Shown here piece after piece: positions 24,609-34,731 of a stretch of DNA of 64,000 nucleotides. The stretch is from Alphaproteobacteria bacterium (lineage in GTDB: Bacteria > Pseudomonadota > Alphaproteobacteria > Bin95): positions 3,744,001-3,808,000 of the forward strand of contig CBDBGH010000003.1 of the NCBI GenBank assembly GCA_965205265.1. The letters run 5' to 3'. The position numbers and the translations under genes are program-made. Numbering within the stretch: the stretch's first letter is position 1; each line of letters starts with the position of its first letter. The notes below the pieces were generated by a model. The model did not search any database, was not told the origin of the DNA, and worked only from the letters and a program-made list of their open reading frames with translations.

Positions 24609-25865
24609 CTAATTGAGCGAGATTTCGTAGTGCTTGTTGGCGTTCGGGTCCTTCTCGAGGTCGCAGACGGTCTGCGTGTCCACCGGCTGGACCTGGGAGA
24701 ACTGCTCCTTGATGACGAACTTCTTGTCCTGGAGGTCCGCCACATAGACGTCCCGGATCGCATGGTGGGTCTTGCGGTCGATGGTGACCTTGCCGGACGG
24801 GAACTCGTATTCCTTGCCCGACTCCATCACCTCGATGAGCGCCATGCGGTCGAGGCTGCCCGCGGTCCGCACCGCATCGGCCCAGATCATCATGCCTTCC
24901 CAGGTGAACGCCGAGAGCTCCGTCAGGAAGGGCGTGTCGTCGGGATAGCGTTTCCTGACCGCCTCGACCCAGGCATTGTTCATCGGCGAGTCGATCTGCG
25001 GGTAGTAGCCGTAGCAGGTGATGATGCCGTTGGCGACTTCCGGCTTGATGATCTCGATTTCCGCGCCCGCCGCGCCGAAGGTCGTGGACGCGATCGGGAT
25101 TTCGTTCTTCATGCCGCCCGCGGCCCACTGGTTGTAGAAGCCGAGATGGCCGGTGCCGACCAGCACGGACATGACCATGTCCGGCTTCGCCTCCTGGATC
25201 TTGGAGATCGTCGGGCCGAAATTGGTCACGTCCAGCGGGAAGAAGTCGGTGGACAGCACGGTGCCGCCGTTCTGCTCGACATAGCGTTTCACCCAGGCGG
25301 CGGTGATCTGGCCGTAATTGTAGTCCGCCGCGATGGTATAGACCTTCTTGCCCCACAGATTCATGGTGTGCGGCACAAGCTGCTCGACCGTCTGCGCGGG
25401 CGTGGTGCCGAGCGTGATCTCGTTGCGGTCGCAAACGCCGCCCTCATAGAGCGTGTTGTAGAAGTAGAGCGTCTTGAAGCGGTGGAAGATCGGGCGGATG
25501 GTCTCGCGGCTGGCGCTGGTGATGCCGCCCATGACGACCGCGACCTTGTCCTTCAGCGCAAGCTGCGTCGCATATTGCGAATAGAGCGACATGTTGGACT
25601 GGGGATCGTAAACGACGCCCTTGACCTCGCGCCCGAGCAGCCCGCCCTGCGCGTTGATCTCCTCGATGGCCATCAGCATGATCTGGTTCATCGGGATGCC
25701 GGCGAAATCGATGAAGCCGGAGAGGTCGTGCAGGCCGCCGACAAGGATGGCGTCGTCGGCATCGGCCGAGATGGCCGGGAACACGCTGGAAAACGCGGCG
25801 GCGCCGGCTCCCGCGGCGGCGGTTCTCATGAAATCGCGCCGGGTCGGTTTGTTCAGGCGGGTCAT
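24609..25865 (-). CDS. Urea/short-chain amide ABC substrate-binding protein (UrtA/AmiC-like), Tat signal
   Basis: TRRDFM twin-arginine; EEINAQGGLLGR, TSASRE, YEGG. Confidence 0.9.
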   Translation of the reverse strand: MTRLNKPTRRDFMRTAAAGAGAAAFSSVFPAISADADDAILVGGLHDLSGFIDFAGIPMNQIMLMAIEEINAQGGLLGREVKGVVYDPQSNMSLYSQYATQLALKDKVAVVMGGITSASRETIRPIFHRFKTLYFYNTLYEGGVCDRNEITLGTTPAQTVEQLVPHTMNLWGKKVYTIAADYNYGQITAAWVKRYVEQNGGTVLSTDFFPLDVTNFGPTISKIQEAKPDMVMSVLVGTGHLGFYNQWAAGGMKNEIPIASTTFGAAGAEIEIIKPEVANGIITCYGYYPQIDSPMNNAWVEAVRKRYPDDTPFLTELSAFTWEGMMIWADAVRTAGSLDRMALIEVMESGKEYEFPSGKVTIDRKTHHAIRDVYVADLQDKKFVIKEQFSQVQPVDTQTVCDLEKDPNANKHYEISLN

Positions 25866-26016
25866 CGGCAGCCTCCTGCGTTACATGGTCGAAAATCGCG
25901 CTCCGCTCGGGTTTACGGCAGTGCAGAGCGGCAACCCTGCCAGACCGCACGGGAAAAACAAAGCGAAATCGGGGCCTTCTCCGGGCGGCCGGGCGCGGCG
26001 GTCCGGGCCGCCGGAC

Positions 26017-26799
26017 TCAGCGCGCCCGGCGCTCCTTCGTCACGGTCTCGTAGGCGGCGTTGATGGCGGCGAGCCGGTCGTTGGCAAGCTCCATGAACTC
26101 TTCCGGCAGGCCCTTCGAGGCCAGCTTGTCGGGGTGGTAGGTCAGCACGAGCTTGCGGTGCTGGGCGCGCAGCTCCTCGTCCGAGGCGCCCGGCGCCACG
26201 CCGAGCACGGCATAGGCGTCCGCGGCATCCCTGCCCCCGTCGCTCGCGGCGCCCGCCCCGGATTTCGATCCGGAAGCATGGCGGGCGCGGAGGGAGGCCA
26301 TCTCGTAACCGCCAAGGCCGAAGATCGCGCCGATCTCGGCAATCATCCGCTCTTCCGCCGGGTGCAGCTCCCCGTCCGCCGCAGCGATGGCGTAAAGCGC
26401 ATCCACCACTTCGGCCAGCAGCTCCGGCTTCGCTGCCAGCGCGTCCCGCACCTGCCCGGCATAGGCCTCGAAGCCCTCCGTGCTCTGCCGCGCCTCATTG
26501 TAGAGGTCGGCGATCCGGCTCCGTTCGTCCGGGTCGAAGGGGAAGATGCGCTGAAAGGTGCGGATTTCATCGCGCGTCACCGTGCCGTCGGCCTTGGCGA
26601 CCTTGGCGGAAAGGGCAATGACGCCGAGCGCGAACATCACGCCGGCCTGTTCCTCGTCCGCCCCGTTGCCTTCCAGGGCCGCACGGCTCCGGTTCCGGTC
26701 GATGAGCCCGTGGCCCGCAACCGCGCCGAGCAGCGCGCCCAGCGGCCCGCCGACCGCGAAGCCCAGCACCCCGCCCAGGATCTTGCCGATTATCGCCAT
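26017..26799 (-). CDS. djlA: Co-chaperone DjlA (TM + TerB-like + J domain)
   Basis: GKILGG..GGPLGA, AKVAKADG, YHPDKL. Confidence 0.88.
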   Translation of the reverse strand: MAIIGKILGGVLGFAVGGPLGALLGAVAGHGLIDRNRSRAALEGNGADEEQAGVMFALGVIALSAKVAKADGTVTRDEIRTFQRIFPFDPDERSRIADLYNEARQSTEGFEAYAGQVRDALAAKPELLAEVVDALYAIAAADGELHPAEERMIAEIGAIFGLGGYEMASLRARHASGSKSGAGAASDGGRDAADAYAVLGVAPGASDEELRAQHRKLVLTYHPDKLASKGLPEEFMELANDRLAAINAAYETVTKERRAR

Positions 26800-26943
26800 A
26801 GGCCGCCCCTGCCCGCCCCGGTCCGCGCCAGACTATCCTCCCGCCGGGCGGGAAGACAGGCCGCCGGGCGGGCCGGCTTGGAAAGCGGGCGGCAATCGGC
26901 TTCAATCCCGCCCGCCCTCTTCCGGGCGGAGAGACGCCGCGCC

Positions 26944-28368
26944 ATGCAGCCGCAAAACCTGCTTTTCATCATGTCCGACGAGCATAGCGCCAATGCCATG
27001 GGGGTAGCGGGCCATCCTGTCGTGAACACGCCGAACCTAGACGCGCTGGCGGCGCGGGGCACGCTGTTTTCCGCCGCCTACACGCCCTCGCCGATCTGCG
27101 TGCCGGCCAGGGCCGCCTTCGCCACCGGGCGCCACGTCCACGAGATCGGCGCCTGGGACAACGGCCACCCCTATGACGGCAGCGTGCCCGGCTGGGGCCA
27201 CGCGCTGCAGGCGGCGGGCCGCCCGGTGCTCTCCATCGGCAAGCTGCATTACCGCGACGAGGCGGACCCGACCGGCTTCGACACCCAGATCCGCCCGATG
27301 CATGTCGTGGACGGCAGGGGCGACATATACGGCGCGATCAAGGACCCCATGCCGGTCCGCTTCGGCGGGGCGAAGTTTTCGCGCGAGATCGGCCCCGGCG
27401 AGAGCGGCTACACCCGCTACGACCGCGCGATTGCGGACGAGGCGGGGCGCTGGCTGACGGAGGAAGCCCCGGCCGCGGCCGGCCCGTGGGTGCTGTTCGT
27501 CTCCTTCGTCTGCCCGCATTTCCCGCTGATCGCGCCGGAGCCCTTCTTCGCCCTCTACGACCCGGCCGACATGGCGCTGCCGAAGGACTACCGCCTGCGT
27601 CCCCGCCATCCCTGGATCGAGGCCTATGCCGAGGCCCAGCCCTATGACAGCTTCTTCAACGACGAGGCGCGGCGCGTGGCCATCGCCTCCTATTACGGGC
27701 TCTGCTCCTTCCTCGACGACAATATCGGCCGCGTGCTGGCCGCGCTGGACGAAGCCGGGCTCGCCGGCGCAACGCGCGTGATCTACACCAGCGACCATGG
27801 CGAGAACCTCGGCGCGCGCGGGCTCTGGGGCAAGTCCAACATGTATGAGGAGGCAGTCCGGGTGCCGCTGATCGCCGCCGGGCCGGACGTGCCGGCGGGG
27901 CGGGTCTGCGGCACGCCGGCCTCGCTGCTGGACTGCCACCCGGCGATCCTCGAAGGCGCGGGCCTGGAATCCGACCCCGCGCTGCCCGGCCGCTCGCTCT
28001 GGGCGCTCGGCGAGGAGCCGGAGCGGGCCGTGTTCAGCGAATACCATGCGGCAGGCGCCGCCTCCGGCTGCTTCATGCTGCGGCAGGGCCGGTGGAAGCT
28101 CATCCGCTATACCGGCTTCGAGCCGGAGCTGTTCGACCTCGAGGCCGACCCCGAGGAGCGCCGGAACCTGGCCCCCCGCGAGCCGGAGACGGTCGCCCGC
28201 CTCATGGCGGCGATGCGGAAGGTCTGCGACCCGGACGAGGTCCACCGCCGCGCGCGGGCCAGCCAGGACGCGCTGATCGAGGCCCATGGCGGCCGCATGG
28301 CGGTGATGCGCGCCGGCGCCTTCTCCGGCACCCCCGCCCCCGGCGACAAACCCGTCTTCACCGCCTGA
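26944..28368 (+). CDS. Sulfatase (choline-sulfatase-like)
   Basis: NLLFIMSDEH, CVPAR, GKLH, SDHGE, WGKSNMYEE. Confidence 0.93.
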   Translation: MQPQNLLFIMSDEHSANAMGVAGHPVVNTPNLDALAARGTLFSAAYTPSPICVPARAAFATGRHVHEIGAWDNGHPYDGSVPGWGHALQAAGRPVLSIGKLHYRDEADPTGFDTQIRPMHVVDGRGDIYGAIKDPMPVRFGGAKFSREIGPGESGYTRYDRAIADEAGRWLTEEAPAAAGPWVLFVSFVCPHFPLIAPEPFFALYDPADMALPKDYRLRPRHPWIEAYAEAQPYDSFFNDEARRVAIASYYGLCSFLDDNIGRVLAALDEAGLAGATRVIYTSDHGENLGARGLWGKSNMYEEAVRVPLIAAGPDVPAGRVCGTPASLLDCHPAILEGAGLESDPALPGRSLWALGEEPERAVFSEYHAAGAASGCFMLRQGRWKLIRYTGFEPELFDLEADPEERRNLAPREPETVARLMAAMRKVCDPDEVHRRARASQDALIEAHGGRMAVMRAGAFSGTPAPGDKPVFTA

Positions 28369-28395
28369 GCGGTGCGCACGGTTGCGTTCCCGCGG

Positions 28396-28911
28396 CTACC
28401 GTCGAAACAGCCGTCGGATCGCCGACAACACGGCATAGCCGATCCCGAAACCGCCGAGACCGGTGAAGACGACCTCCAGAAGGCCGCTTGCCCTCGCAGC
28501 CTGCTGCGGGTCGCCGAAAAACAGCATCCACATAATCAGTGCTACCGCTGCGAGGAAGGGAATCGCGCCTGCAGCAAGCGTCCATGCCAAAAGCCTGTAA
28601 CGCCGCTTGCTCGAACGCTCGGCCATATCGAGGCGACGGTCTGCGTGATCGGCTTGCCGCCGGTCCTGCTGGTCCTCCAGTTCCAGGGCGCGCGCCGTCA
28701 GGGCGACCCTTTCCCTGTCCAACGCCAGTGAATCCCGAATGATTCTGTGCTCGGTGTTGTCGGTCCTTGCCGGCGCCGGCGCTGCGACGCTTCGTCCGTG
28801 CGTTCGTTCATCAAGCGCCGTATCTGACTGCGGCGAGTTTGCGCGGCATGGACATACGCCGGCGTTCGATATCCAGTTCGACGGGTGTCGAGCGGACACG
28901 GTAGCCGCCAT
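28396..28911 (-). CDS. Small membrane protein with two C-terminal TM helices (start uncertain, possibly frameshifted)
   Basis: Coiled-coil then two hydrophobic segments. Confidence 0.5.
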   Translation of the reverse strand: MAATVSARHPSNWISNAGVCPCRANSPQSDTALDERTHGRSVAAPAPARTDNTEHRIIRDSLALDRERVALTARALELEDQQDRRQADHADRRLDMAERSSKRRYRLLAWTLAAGAIPFLAAVALIMWMLFFGDPQQAARASGLLEVVFTGLGGFGIGYAVLSAIRRLFRR

Positions 28912-29023
28912 AGGGACTCTTGAGGATTCTGGTAATCGTTCTCGTCAGCCCCGGATCTGTGCGGCGGCGGCGGCGTTCTTCCTCCGCTTCGGACCAGGTC
29001 TCATGGAAGCTGTCTGCGATCAT
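28811..29023 (-). CDS. Hypothetical 70-aa protein
   Basis: ATG ORF just outside the IS1595 end. Confidence 0.4.
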   Translation of the reverse strand: MIADSFHETWSEAEEERRRRRTDPGLTRTITRILKSPYGGYRVRSTPVELDIERRRMSMPRKLAAVRYGA

Positions 29024-29085
29024 GGCGTATCGGGCCTCCGCCCGGGCAGCGTATCGTTAGGGGATTATATACATGCTTGCGCAAA

Positions 29086-29853
29086 CTACCAGCGACCGAA
29101 GGTCCGCCGCGCCTGTCCGTATAGCCGGACTTCGGACGACCACTCGGCAGTCTCCAAGCCGGCCGCGTCCAAGAGCGCAAGGCACGGTTCCCGGTTCATG
29201 TTGAACAGCACCTCGCCGTAATGGCCGGGGCTGGAGTTCCGCATTTCGAGTTCCCCGACATTGCGGCCCTCATGCCGGAAGAGCACCTTCTGTGCGTCGA
29301 ATTCTCCGGGCCGACGAGCCGTCGAGTTCACGACTTCGAAGCCGTCCGCCATCGCCGTGACAACATCGTCGCTCCAATAGACGCAGAAGACGCCGTCCCG
29401 CAGCACCGTCAGATATTGCACCTCCGCGCCGTTGAAGAGCGACTTGCGCAGGAAGGCCCGCAGGAGAGCCTTGCGCTGGAAGCGGTCTTTGAGCTCCCGC
29501 ATGGGCGCTTGCAGGCGGAGTTTGGCCGGTTCCTTGTTGTCCTCATAGTCGCTGTAGCGCGGCGGGAAGGCGTCAATGCAGTGGACCAGGAGCGAGCCGA
29601 CCCCATTGAGCGCCTGGAACCCGTCGTCGTCGAGGAAGCGGTTTCGCCGGTAGAGGAAGACCTGCCACTTGATGCGCCCGGACTTGACCGAGTGCGCGTC
29701 TCCGGCCGGGTCGATGACATCCTTCTTCGCCGCTTGGTCGCGGCGGTAGTCATCCTCAAGCCCGATGGCGAGCGCGAACAGCAGCGCGTCGTCATGGCCG
29801 CGTTGCCGGTATTCGCGGGCTGCCTCGGTCGTGCTTGCGCGGCGAGCGTTCAC
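29086..29853 (-). CDS. Putative type II restriction endonuclease
   Basis: GTG start overlaps MTase stop; KKDVIDPAGDAHSVKSG PD-(D/E)xK-like motif; stop abuts TIR. Confidence 0.65.
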   Translation of the reverse strand: MNARRASTTEAAREYRQRGHDDALLFALAIGLEDDYRRDQAAKKDVIDPAGDAHSVKSGRIKWQVFLYRRNRFLDDDGFQALNGVGSLLVHCIDAFPPRYSDYEDNKEPAKLRLQAPMRELKDRFQRKALLRAFLRKSLFNGAEVQYLTVLRDGVFCVYWSDDVVTAMADGFEVVNSTARRPGEFDAQKVLFRHEGRNVGELEMRNSSPGHYGEVLFNMNREPCLALLDAAGLETAEWSSEVRLYGQARRTFGRW

Positions 29854-30081
29854 CGGGGATGCCGCCAGATAAGCAGTTCGTGCGACTTCTTCACATGCGA
29901 CCCGCCGTTGCGCTCGCGCCGGTTCTCGCCGATGCGCGTATCGCCCTGCCCGAAGGTGTATTGCCATTCCGGCGTCTCGATATTGCAGTCGGAATACCAG
30001 TCGCGGATCGTCGGGCAGTCGTTGTAGGACAGGATGAATCCGGCCCGGTGGCGCAAGAGCAAATCGCGCAACGCCTCATGC
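29850..30081 (-). pseudogene. 3' fragment of split Dam-like (D12 class) N6-adenine methyltransferase
   Basis: HEALRDLL..FILSYND..IRDWY..ELLI; joins in frame with 58996-59783. Confidence 0.9.
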
Positions 30082-30382
30082 GTGAATATCTCAAAAGTAA
30101 AATCCTACAAAATGCTCCGTATAACATATTGATTTATCGTAATAAAATGAACTGGCAGAAACTCGAGAGAAATCTCGTAACCAATCTGAAAGCGGATTCA
30201 TTCCAATCCAGGCGTATCCCCAGCGCAGGCCTGTAGGCACTCGGACGGCAGCCCTTCGGGTCCCGGGGGATGAAAGTTCCCGGCGACCGGCTTCGAAGGC
30301 GGCGAGGATCGGACGCTCCTTTCTGCCCATGCGCCAGTGAACCTTGTCCGTTGCCGTTCAGGAACGAACCGGTTCATCGGCT

Positions 30383-32125
30383 TCATCGCCGGGCATCGAC
30401 ATACTCGACAAGTGCGGATCGGCCGACGATAGCGACGATCCGCACATGCAGTTCGGTCCCTTCCGCGTCGGTCAATTGCAGTTTCTCGCCGGGGGTGAAG
30501 TGAACCGGCTGTTGCCTGCCTTCGTCAATCGCAATGTTCGACGCGTAGAGGTAGGTCCGGTCATGGGCGTCGCGTACGGGATTGAGCCTGCCCTTCAATC
30601 CCGGAACATGGCCGGTGGCCTCCGGAAAGATGACGCTCCCGCCTGCCGGCAAAGCCTCCAGATCGATCGCCAGCGCTCGTTCGCCCGGTATCCAGTCCCG
30701 CTCCGGATGTGCGGCGTATCCTGCTGCGGACGCGAACACGGTCATGGGCAGCCGGGTCGTGTGCAGATCGACTGCCGCTTCGCCTTGTTCGTCCGTGACG
30801 GCCTGCTTCCAGGTGTTGTTCGGAAATAGGAGAAGGAGACCGGCGCCCGGCAAGGGCCGGCCGCCAGACCGCACGGAGATGACGGCGCGAGCGGGGATCC
30901 GCTCCTGTACCGCCGCAGGAATGACAAGCAGCACCTCGGCATCGTCAACGACCGTGTACTCGGGGTACTTCCCGCACAATGCCCAGGTCTCGCGGCGGAT
31001 GATGGGCACGCCGTCGCCGCGGCGCTCCATGTAGTATCGCCTGTCTTCACCGCCCCGGGTTCCTCCGACAGGCATCCGCGCCAATACGGAGGTGAGGGCT
31101 TCATTGCGGGTCGACTGCCGCGACGCCATACTCTCCACCGTCAGGTTGTTCGGCAGGGAACCGGGCGACTGGATTTCCACCCGATCGTCGAACATCGAGA
31201 GACGGATCCTGCTTGCTCTCATGGAGTAGTCGCGATGGACGACGGCGTTGACCAGCGCCTCGAACAGGGCCTTTTCGCTGTACTGGGGAATATCCGAACG
31301 GGCCGGATCCTTTCGCGCCGCGACCCGCATGTTTCTGACAGCGAAGGCAACGGCGCCGGCGATCTGTTCGTTCAGCGGCCCGGCGATCTCCCGGGCATCG
31401 ACTTGACCCGATGCACGGTCTCCGCCGTCGTATCGGGTCGCCGTGATGCAGGCGTGCGGGAGCCATCGTTCCGGACTGGGCGTGCACAACAGCACGCCGG
31501 CGACCGTCGCGCGAAGCGCGCCTGCCTCGTCGTCTGCCAGAAGCGCCAGCTTCCCGAGCGCCGCCTCGGGCTCGGCCGCGCCCTCGGCGCTGAGCAACGG
31601 TTTCCAGAGCGCCTCGGTCAACGTCCGGAAACCGGTTTCCGGCACCGGCTGCTTGTCGAACCACAGGAAACGCGCCTGCGACCGCCGTTGCGTCAGGCGC
31701 AACCGCTCGTCGCTCCCCATGAGCCGCTTCGAGGCGCCCACGCGGACGTAGCATCCGCCGGGGCTCTCATGGACGGAATCGCTCTCCGGGACTTCGGCCA
31801 GCAGCACCAGCCTGCCGTCGGACAATTCCCGGTGATGCGTGCGGATGCGAACGGGCGGCTTGATCGTATCGGTGCTCACCTCCACGAGAAGGGAGTCCAG
31901 ACGGGCGATTTGCGCACGCGACATGCCGATGACGCTGCCGTCGTCGGCAACACCGGCAAGCACCACGCCCCCGGCCGCGTTGGCGAAGGCTGCGATTTCA
32001 TCGGCCCAGTCGCCGCGGGCCGGCCGTCTCGGACGATCCCCGGCGAATTCCACCTGCTTGAATTCCCAGCTGCTGTCTTCGCCCGCCCGCAGCTGGCTTT
32101 CGATGTCCCGGGCGCGGTAGTTCAT
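30383..32125 (-). CDS. AlbA_2 (Schlafen-like) domain + HATPase_c_4 domain protein with beta-rich C-terminal extension
   Basis: GEDSSWEFK, IAAFANAAGG, EALVNAVVHRDY, SPGSLP, RNEAL, MERRGDG. Confidence 0.82.
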   Translation of the reverse strand: MNYRARDIESQLRAGEDSSWEFKQVEFAGDRPRRPARGDWADEIAAFANAAGGVVLAGVADDGSVIGMSRAQIARLDSLLVEVSTDTIKPPVRIRTHHRELSDGRLVLLAEVPESDSVHESPGGCYVRVGASKRLMGSDERLRLTQRRSQARFLWFDKQPVPETGFRTLTEALWKPLLSAEGAAEPEAALGKLALLADDEAGALRATVAGVLLCTPSPERWLPHACITATRYDGGDRASGQVDAREIAGPLNEQIAGAVAFAVRNMRVAARKDPARSDIPQYSEKALFEALVNAVVHRDYSMRASRIRLSMFDDRVEIQSPGSLPNNLTVESMASRQSTRNEALTSVLARMPVGGTRGGEDRRYYMERRGDGVPIIRRETWALCGKYPEYTVVDDAEVLLVIPAAVQERIPARAVISVRSGGRPLPGAGLLLLFPNNTWKQAVTDEQGEAAVDLHTTRLPMTVFASAAGYAAHPERDWIPGERALAIDLEALPAGGSVIFPEATGHVPGLKGRLNPVRDAHDRTYLYASNIAIDEGRQQPVHFTPGEKLQLTDAEGTELHVRIVAIVGRSALVEYVDARR

Positions 32126-32643
32126 GCCCCGGCAATCCCGGCGGCCCTTGTAGCTCGCCGTGTGTGTCGTGGATCGCAGCTGTCCGGCGGTACCGTTTCG
32201 ACCATATGGCGATCGGGCCATTGTCGGATGTCGCGCCGCTCCGGACCCGTGTCGATGCCCTCGCGCAGGCGGGCGCTGGAATAGACGGGGAATGCCCCGG
32301 TTTCTCCAGACGGCTGCTCGCTACCCATCTTTCCGAATAACCGTGCTGGCACCGTCAGCCGACGAAAGCTGCCGTCGTCTTCCCGGTCCGTCATGTCCCC
32401 ATGTCCTCGGCCCTGGCACGTGACGCTGCCGGGTGCAGCGTCCCTGCCGGGCGCTGGCCGTTGCGCTGGCAATTTCCCGACCGCCCCGCACGCCGACGGC
32501 GACCGCTCGCCCGTCACTCCGGTCGGCCGCGACATGCGCCCCGCCGCCAGGAGGGAAAGGCTGGCCGTGAGCGGGGCGGCGGTCGGGTGCCCGGGAGAGG
32601 GCGTTCGTCCGTTTCCCCTCATCGGCACGAAGGAGACGGCACC

Positions 32644-32973
32644 ATGAGCGCAGCGATGGCATTCCCCCGCAACACGGCGGCAACCTTTCTCACCCATTTC
32701 TTCGGACCCGGCCTGGCCGAAGACGACCGCTATGTGGTCGAGCGCTACCGCACGCTCGCGAACGGCGACATTCGGCCCTGCCCGGACGCCGCGCCGAAGG
32801 GCGGCAGGCGCGGCAAGGCCCGGGCGATCACCGCGACCCTGAAGGCGGTCAGGGAGATGCGGCCCGAGCGCAACGAGATCATCATCTGCACCGGCCTCGG
32901 CAGCCGGGGCGGGGTCCAGTACTGGGGTGTCTACGCCATGGGGCTCGGTATCGACCGCCGCCAGAAGGGCTGA
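32644..32973 (+). CDS. Hypothetical protein (leading region)
   Basis: AAGGAG RBS upstream of ATG; 109 aa. Confidence 0.65.
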   Translation: MSAAMAFPRNTAATFLTHFFGPGLAEDDRYVVERYRTLANGDIRPCPDAAPKGGRRGKARAITATLKAVREMRPERNEIIICTGLGSRGGVQYWGVYAMGLGIDRRQKG

Positions 32974-33057
32974 CCGCCCCCTTCCCGGACGTCCGGCCGG
33001 CCCACCGCCGGCGGGGCGTCCGCCTTTCCCCTTGTTCCACGAACCGAGGAGGACGGC

Positions 33058-34308
33058 ATGGCCCATGCCGATCCGGAGATCCGCCGTGCGCGCGTCGCCA
33101 GACGCACCGCCGCGCGCACCGCCCGGGGCCTTTGTCCCCGCTGCGGAGACCGCCCGCCGGCGCCCGAGCGCCGCCTGTGCGCGCCCTGCAACGAGAAACA
33201 GAACGCGGCGGGCCGGGAACGCGACGCCCGCCTGCGGGCCGGCAGGAAACCCCGGCGCGACCCCGAACGGGCAAGGCGCCAGGGGCGCGAGCGCGACCGC
33301 AGGCTCTATGCCGAGAGGAAGGCGACCGGCATCTGCGTCAGGTGCGGCCGGGCCCCGGCACGCCCGGACCGCACGACCTGCGGGCCTTGCGCGGAGAAGC
33401 ATCGCGCGCGCGACCGCGAGCGCGACGCCCGGGCCAGGGCCCGGGGGATACCCTATGGCGGTCGCGACCCGGAAGCCCGGCGCCGGGCCGGACGGGAGCG
33501 CAGCCGCCGGCGCAGCGAGGCCCGCCAGGCCGCCGGGCTCTGTGTGCGCTGCGGCAACGTCCCGCCCGAGGACGGCCGGACCATGTGCGGGCCGTGCCGC
33601 GAGGACAGGCGGCAGGCCAAGAAAGAGCGCCATCACGGTCGCCGCGCCGCCCGCCTCTGCGTCCGGTGCGCGGCGCCCGCGCCGGACGGCAGGGCGTATT
33701 GCCCGTCCTGCGCCGGGATCCGGAGCAGGCGGCGGGACCGGAAGGCGAAGTGGGAAGCCGACCGCCGGCGCTATGCCGAACGGAAGGCCAGGGGCGATTG
33801 CACCAGTTGCGGCAAGCCGGCCCACGGCGCCGCCGAGTGCGCGGCCTGCCGCGACGCCGCCCGCGCCCGCTACGACACCCGCCGGGCCGCCGGGGTCTGC
33901 GTCAAGTGCCGGACCCCCACCTTCGATGGCGCCGTTTACTGCGCGCCCTGCGCCGTCGTCAGGGCCGAGCGCCGCGACCGCGAGGCCGAACACGCCGCCC
34001 GCCGCGACCGCTATGCCGATCGGAGGGCCGGGGGCCGCTGCGTCGCCTGCAACGCGCCCTCGCCGGGCGTGGCGCGTTGCGAGCCCTGTTCGCGCAGGCA
34101 CCGCGAGAGTTCGGGCGCGTTCCGCGGCATCCCGTTCTGGGACCCGCAGTATACGGTGATCGAGATCGCCACCGGGCGCGAGCACGGGCCGTTCGACAGC
34201 GAGGCCGATGTCGCGCTCTGCCTCGTCTTCGAGAAGCTCTTGCGCGACGAGGTCGAGGTGCTGTGCGACGCCAGCCCCATGAGTTCCTACACCGCGCCGG
34301 CCTGGTGA
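33058..34308 (+). CDS. Arg-rich protein with seven tandem CxxC...CxxC zinc-finger repeats
   Basis: GAGGAGG RBS; repeated GxCxxC-x9-11-CxxC units. Confidence 0.8.
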   Translation: MAHADPEIRRARVARRTAARTARGLCPRCGDRPPAPERRLCAPCNEKQNAAGRERDARLRAGRKPRRDPERARRQGRERDRRLYAERKATGICVRCGRAPARPDRTTCGPCAEKHRARDRERDARARARGIPYGGRDPEARRRAGRERSRRRSEARQAAGLCVRCGNVPPEDGRTMCGPCREDRRQAKKERHHGRRAARLCVRCAAPAPDGRAYCPSCAGIRSRRRDRKAKWEADRRRYAERKARGDCTSCGKPAHGAAECAACRDAARARYDTRRAAGVCVKCRTPTFDGAVYCAPCAVVRAERRDREAEHAARRDRYADRRAGGRCVACNAPSPGVARCEPCSRRHRESSGAFRGIPFWDPQYTVIEIATGREHGPFDSEADVALCLVFEKLLRDEVEVLCDASPMSSYTAPAW

Positions 34309-34486
34309 GCCGGCGCGCCTCCGGGTCGGGCGCGGCGGGTGTCTTCCCTGCCGCGCCGCCACCCTGTCTCCGCCGGGGCCGGCGTCCCGGAGTTGAAGGA
34401 GGGCTTTCGCGGGGGCGAGCGCCCGGGAGGGCCGGGGGAGTGGTTTCTCCGGCCGGATGTCCGGGCGCCGTCCAGGGGAGATGCCC

Positions 34487-34630
34487 ATGTCCGAGTTCTT
34501 CCACGACACCGACGCCGATGCGGCAACCGACACCGAACGCGCCGCGCCGGCCTGCGACGAACTGCTGGCCGAGGCCGGTCTCGACAGCCGGGCCATCCGC
34601 GAGGTCCTCGCCGGCCGCGACGCAGAGTGA
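34487..34630 (+). CDS. Small acidic 47-aa protein (not in ORF track)
   Basis: GGGGAG RBS; MSEFFHDTDADAATDTERAAPACDELLAEAGLDSRAIREVLAGRDAE. Confidence 0.5.
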   Translation: MSEFFHDTDADAATDTERAAPACDELLAEAGLDSRAIREVLAGRDAE

Positions 34631-34731
34631 AGGAAAGCGGGGAGAAGATGAGCGGCAGGGGGCCGGGGAGAGGGTTCTCCGGTCCCGGCCGCTCGACCAT
34701 CGTCAGCAACCAGACCTGAAGGAGCATCGCA

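Noticed and set aside
30076-30081. Idea that the att core (contains CATG) is the MTase recognition site
   Set aside because: Specificity cannot be inferred from the sequence
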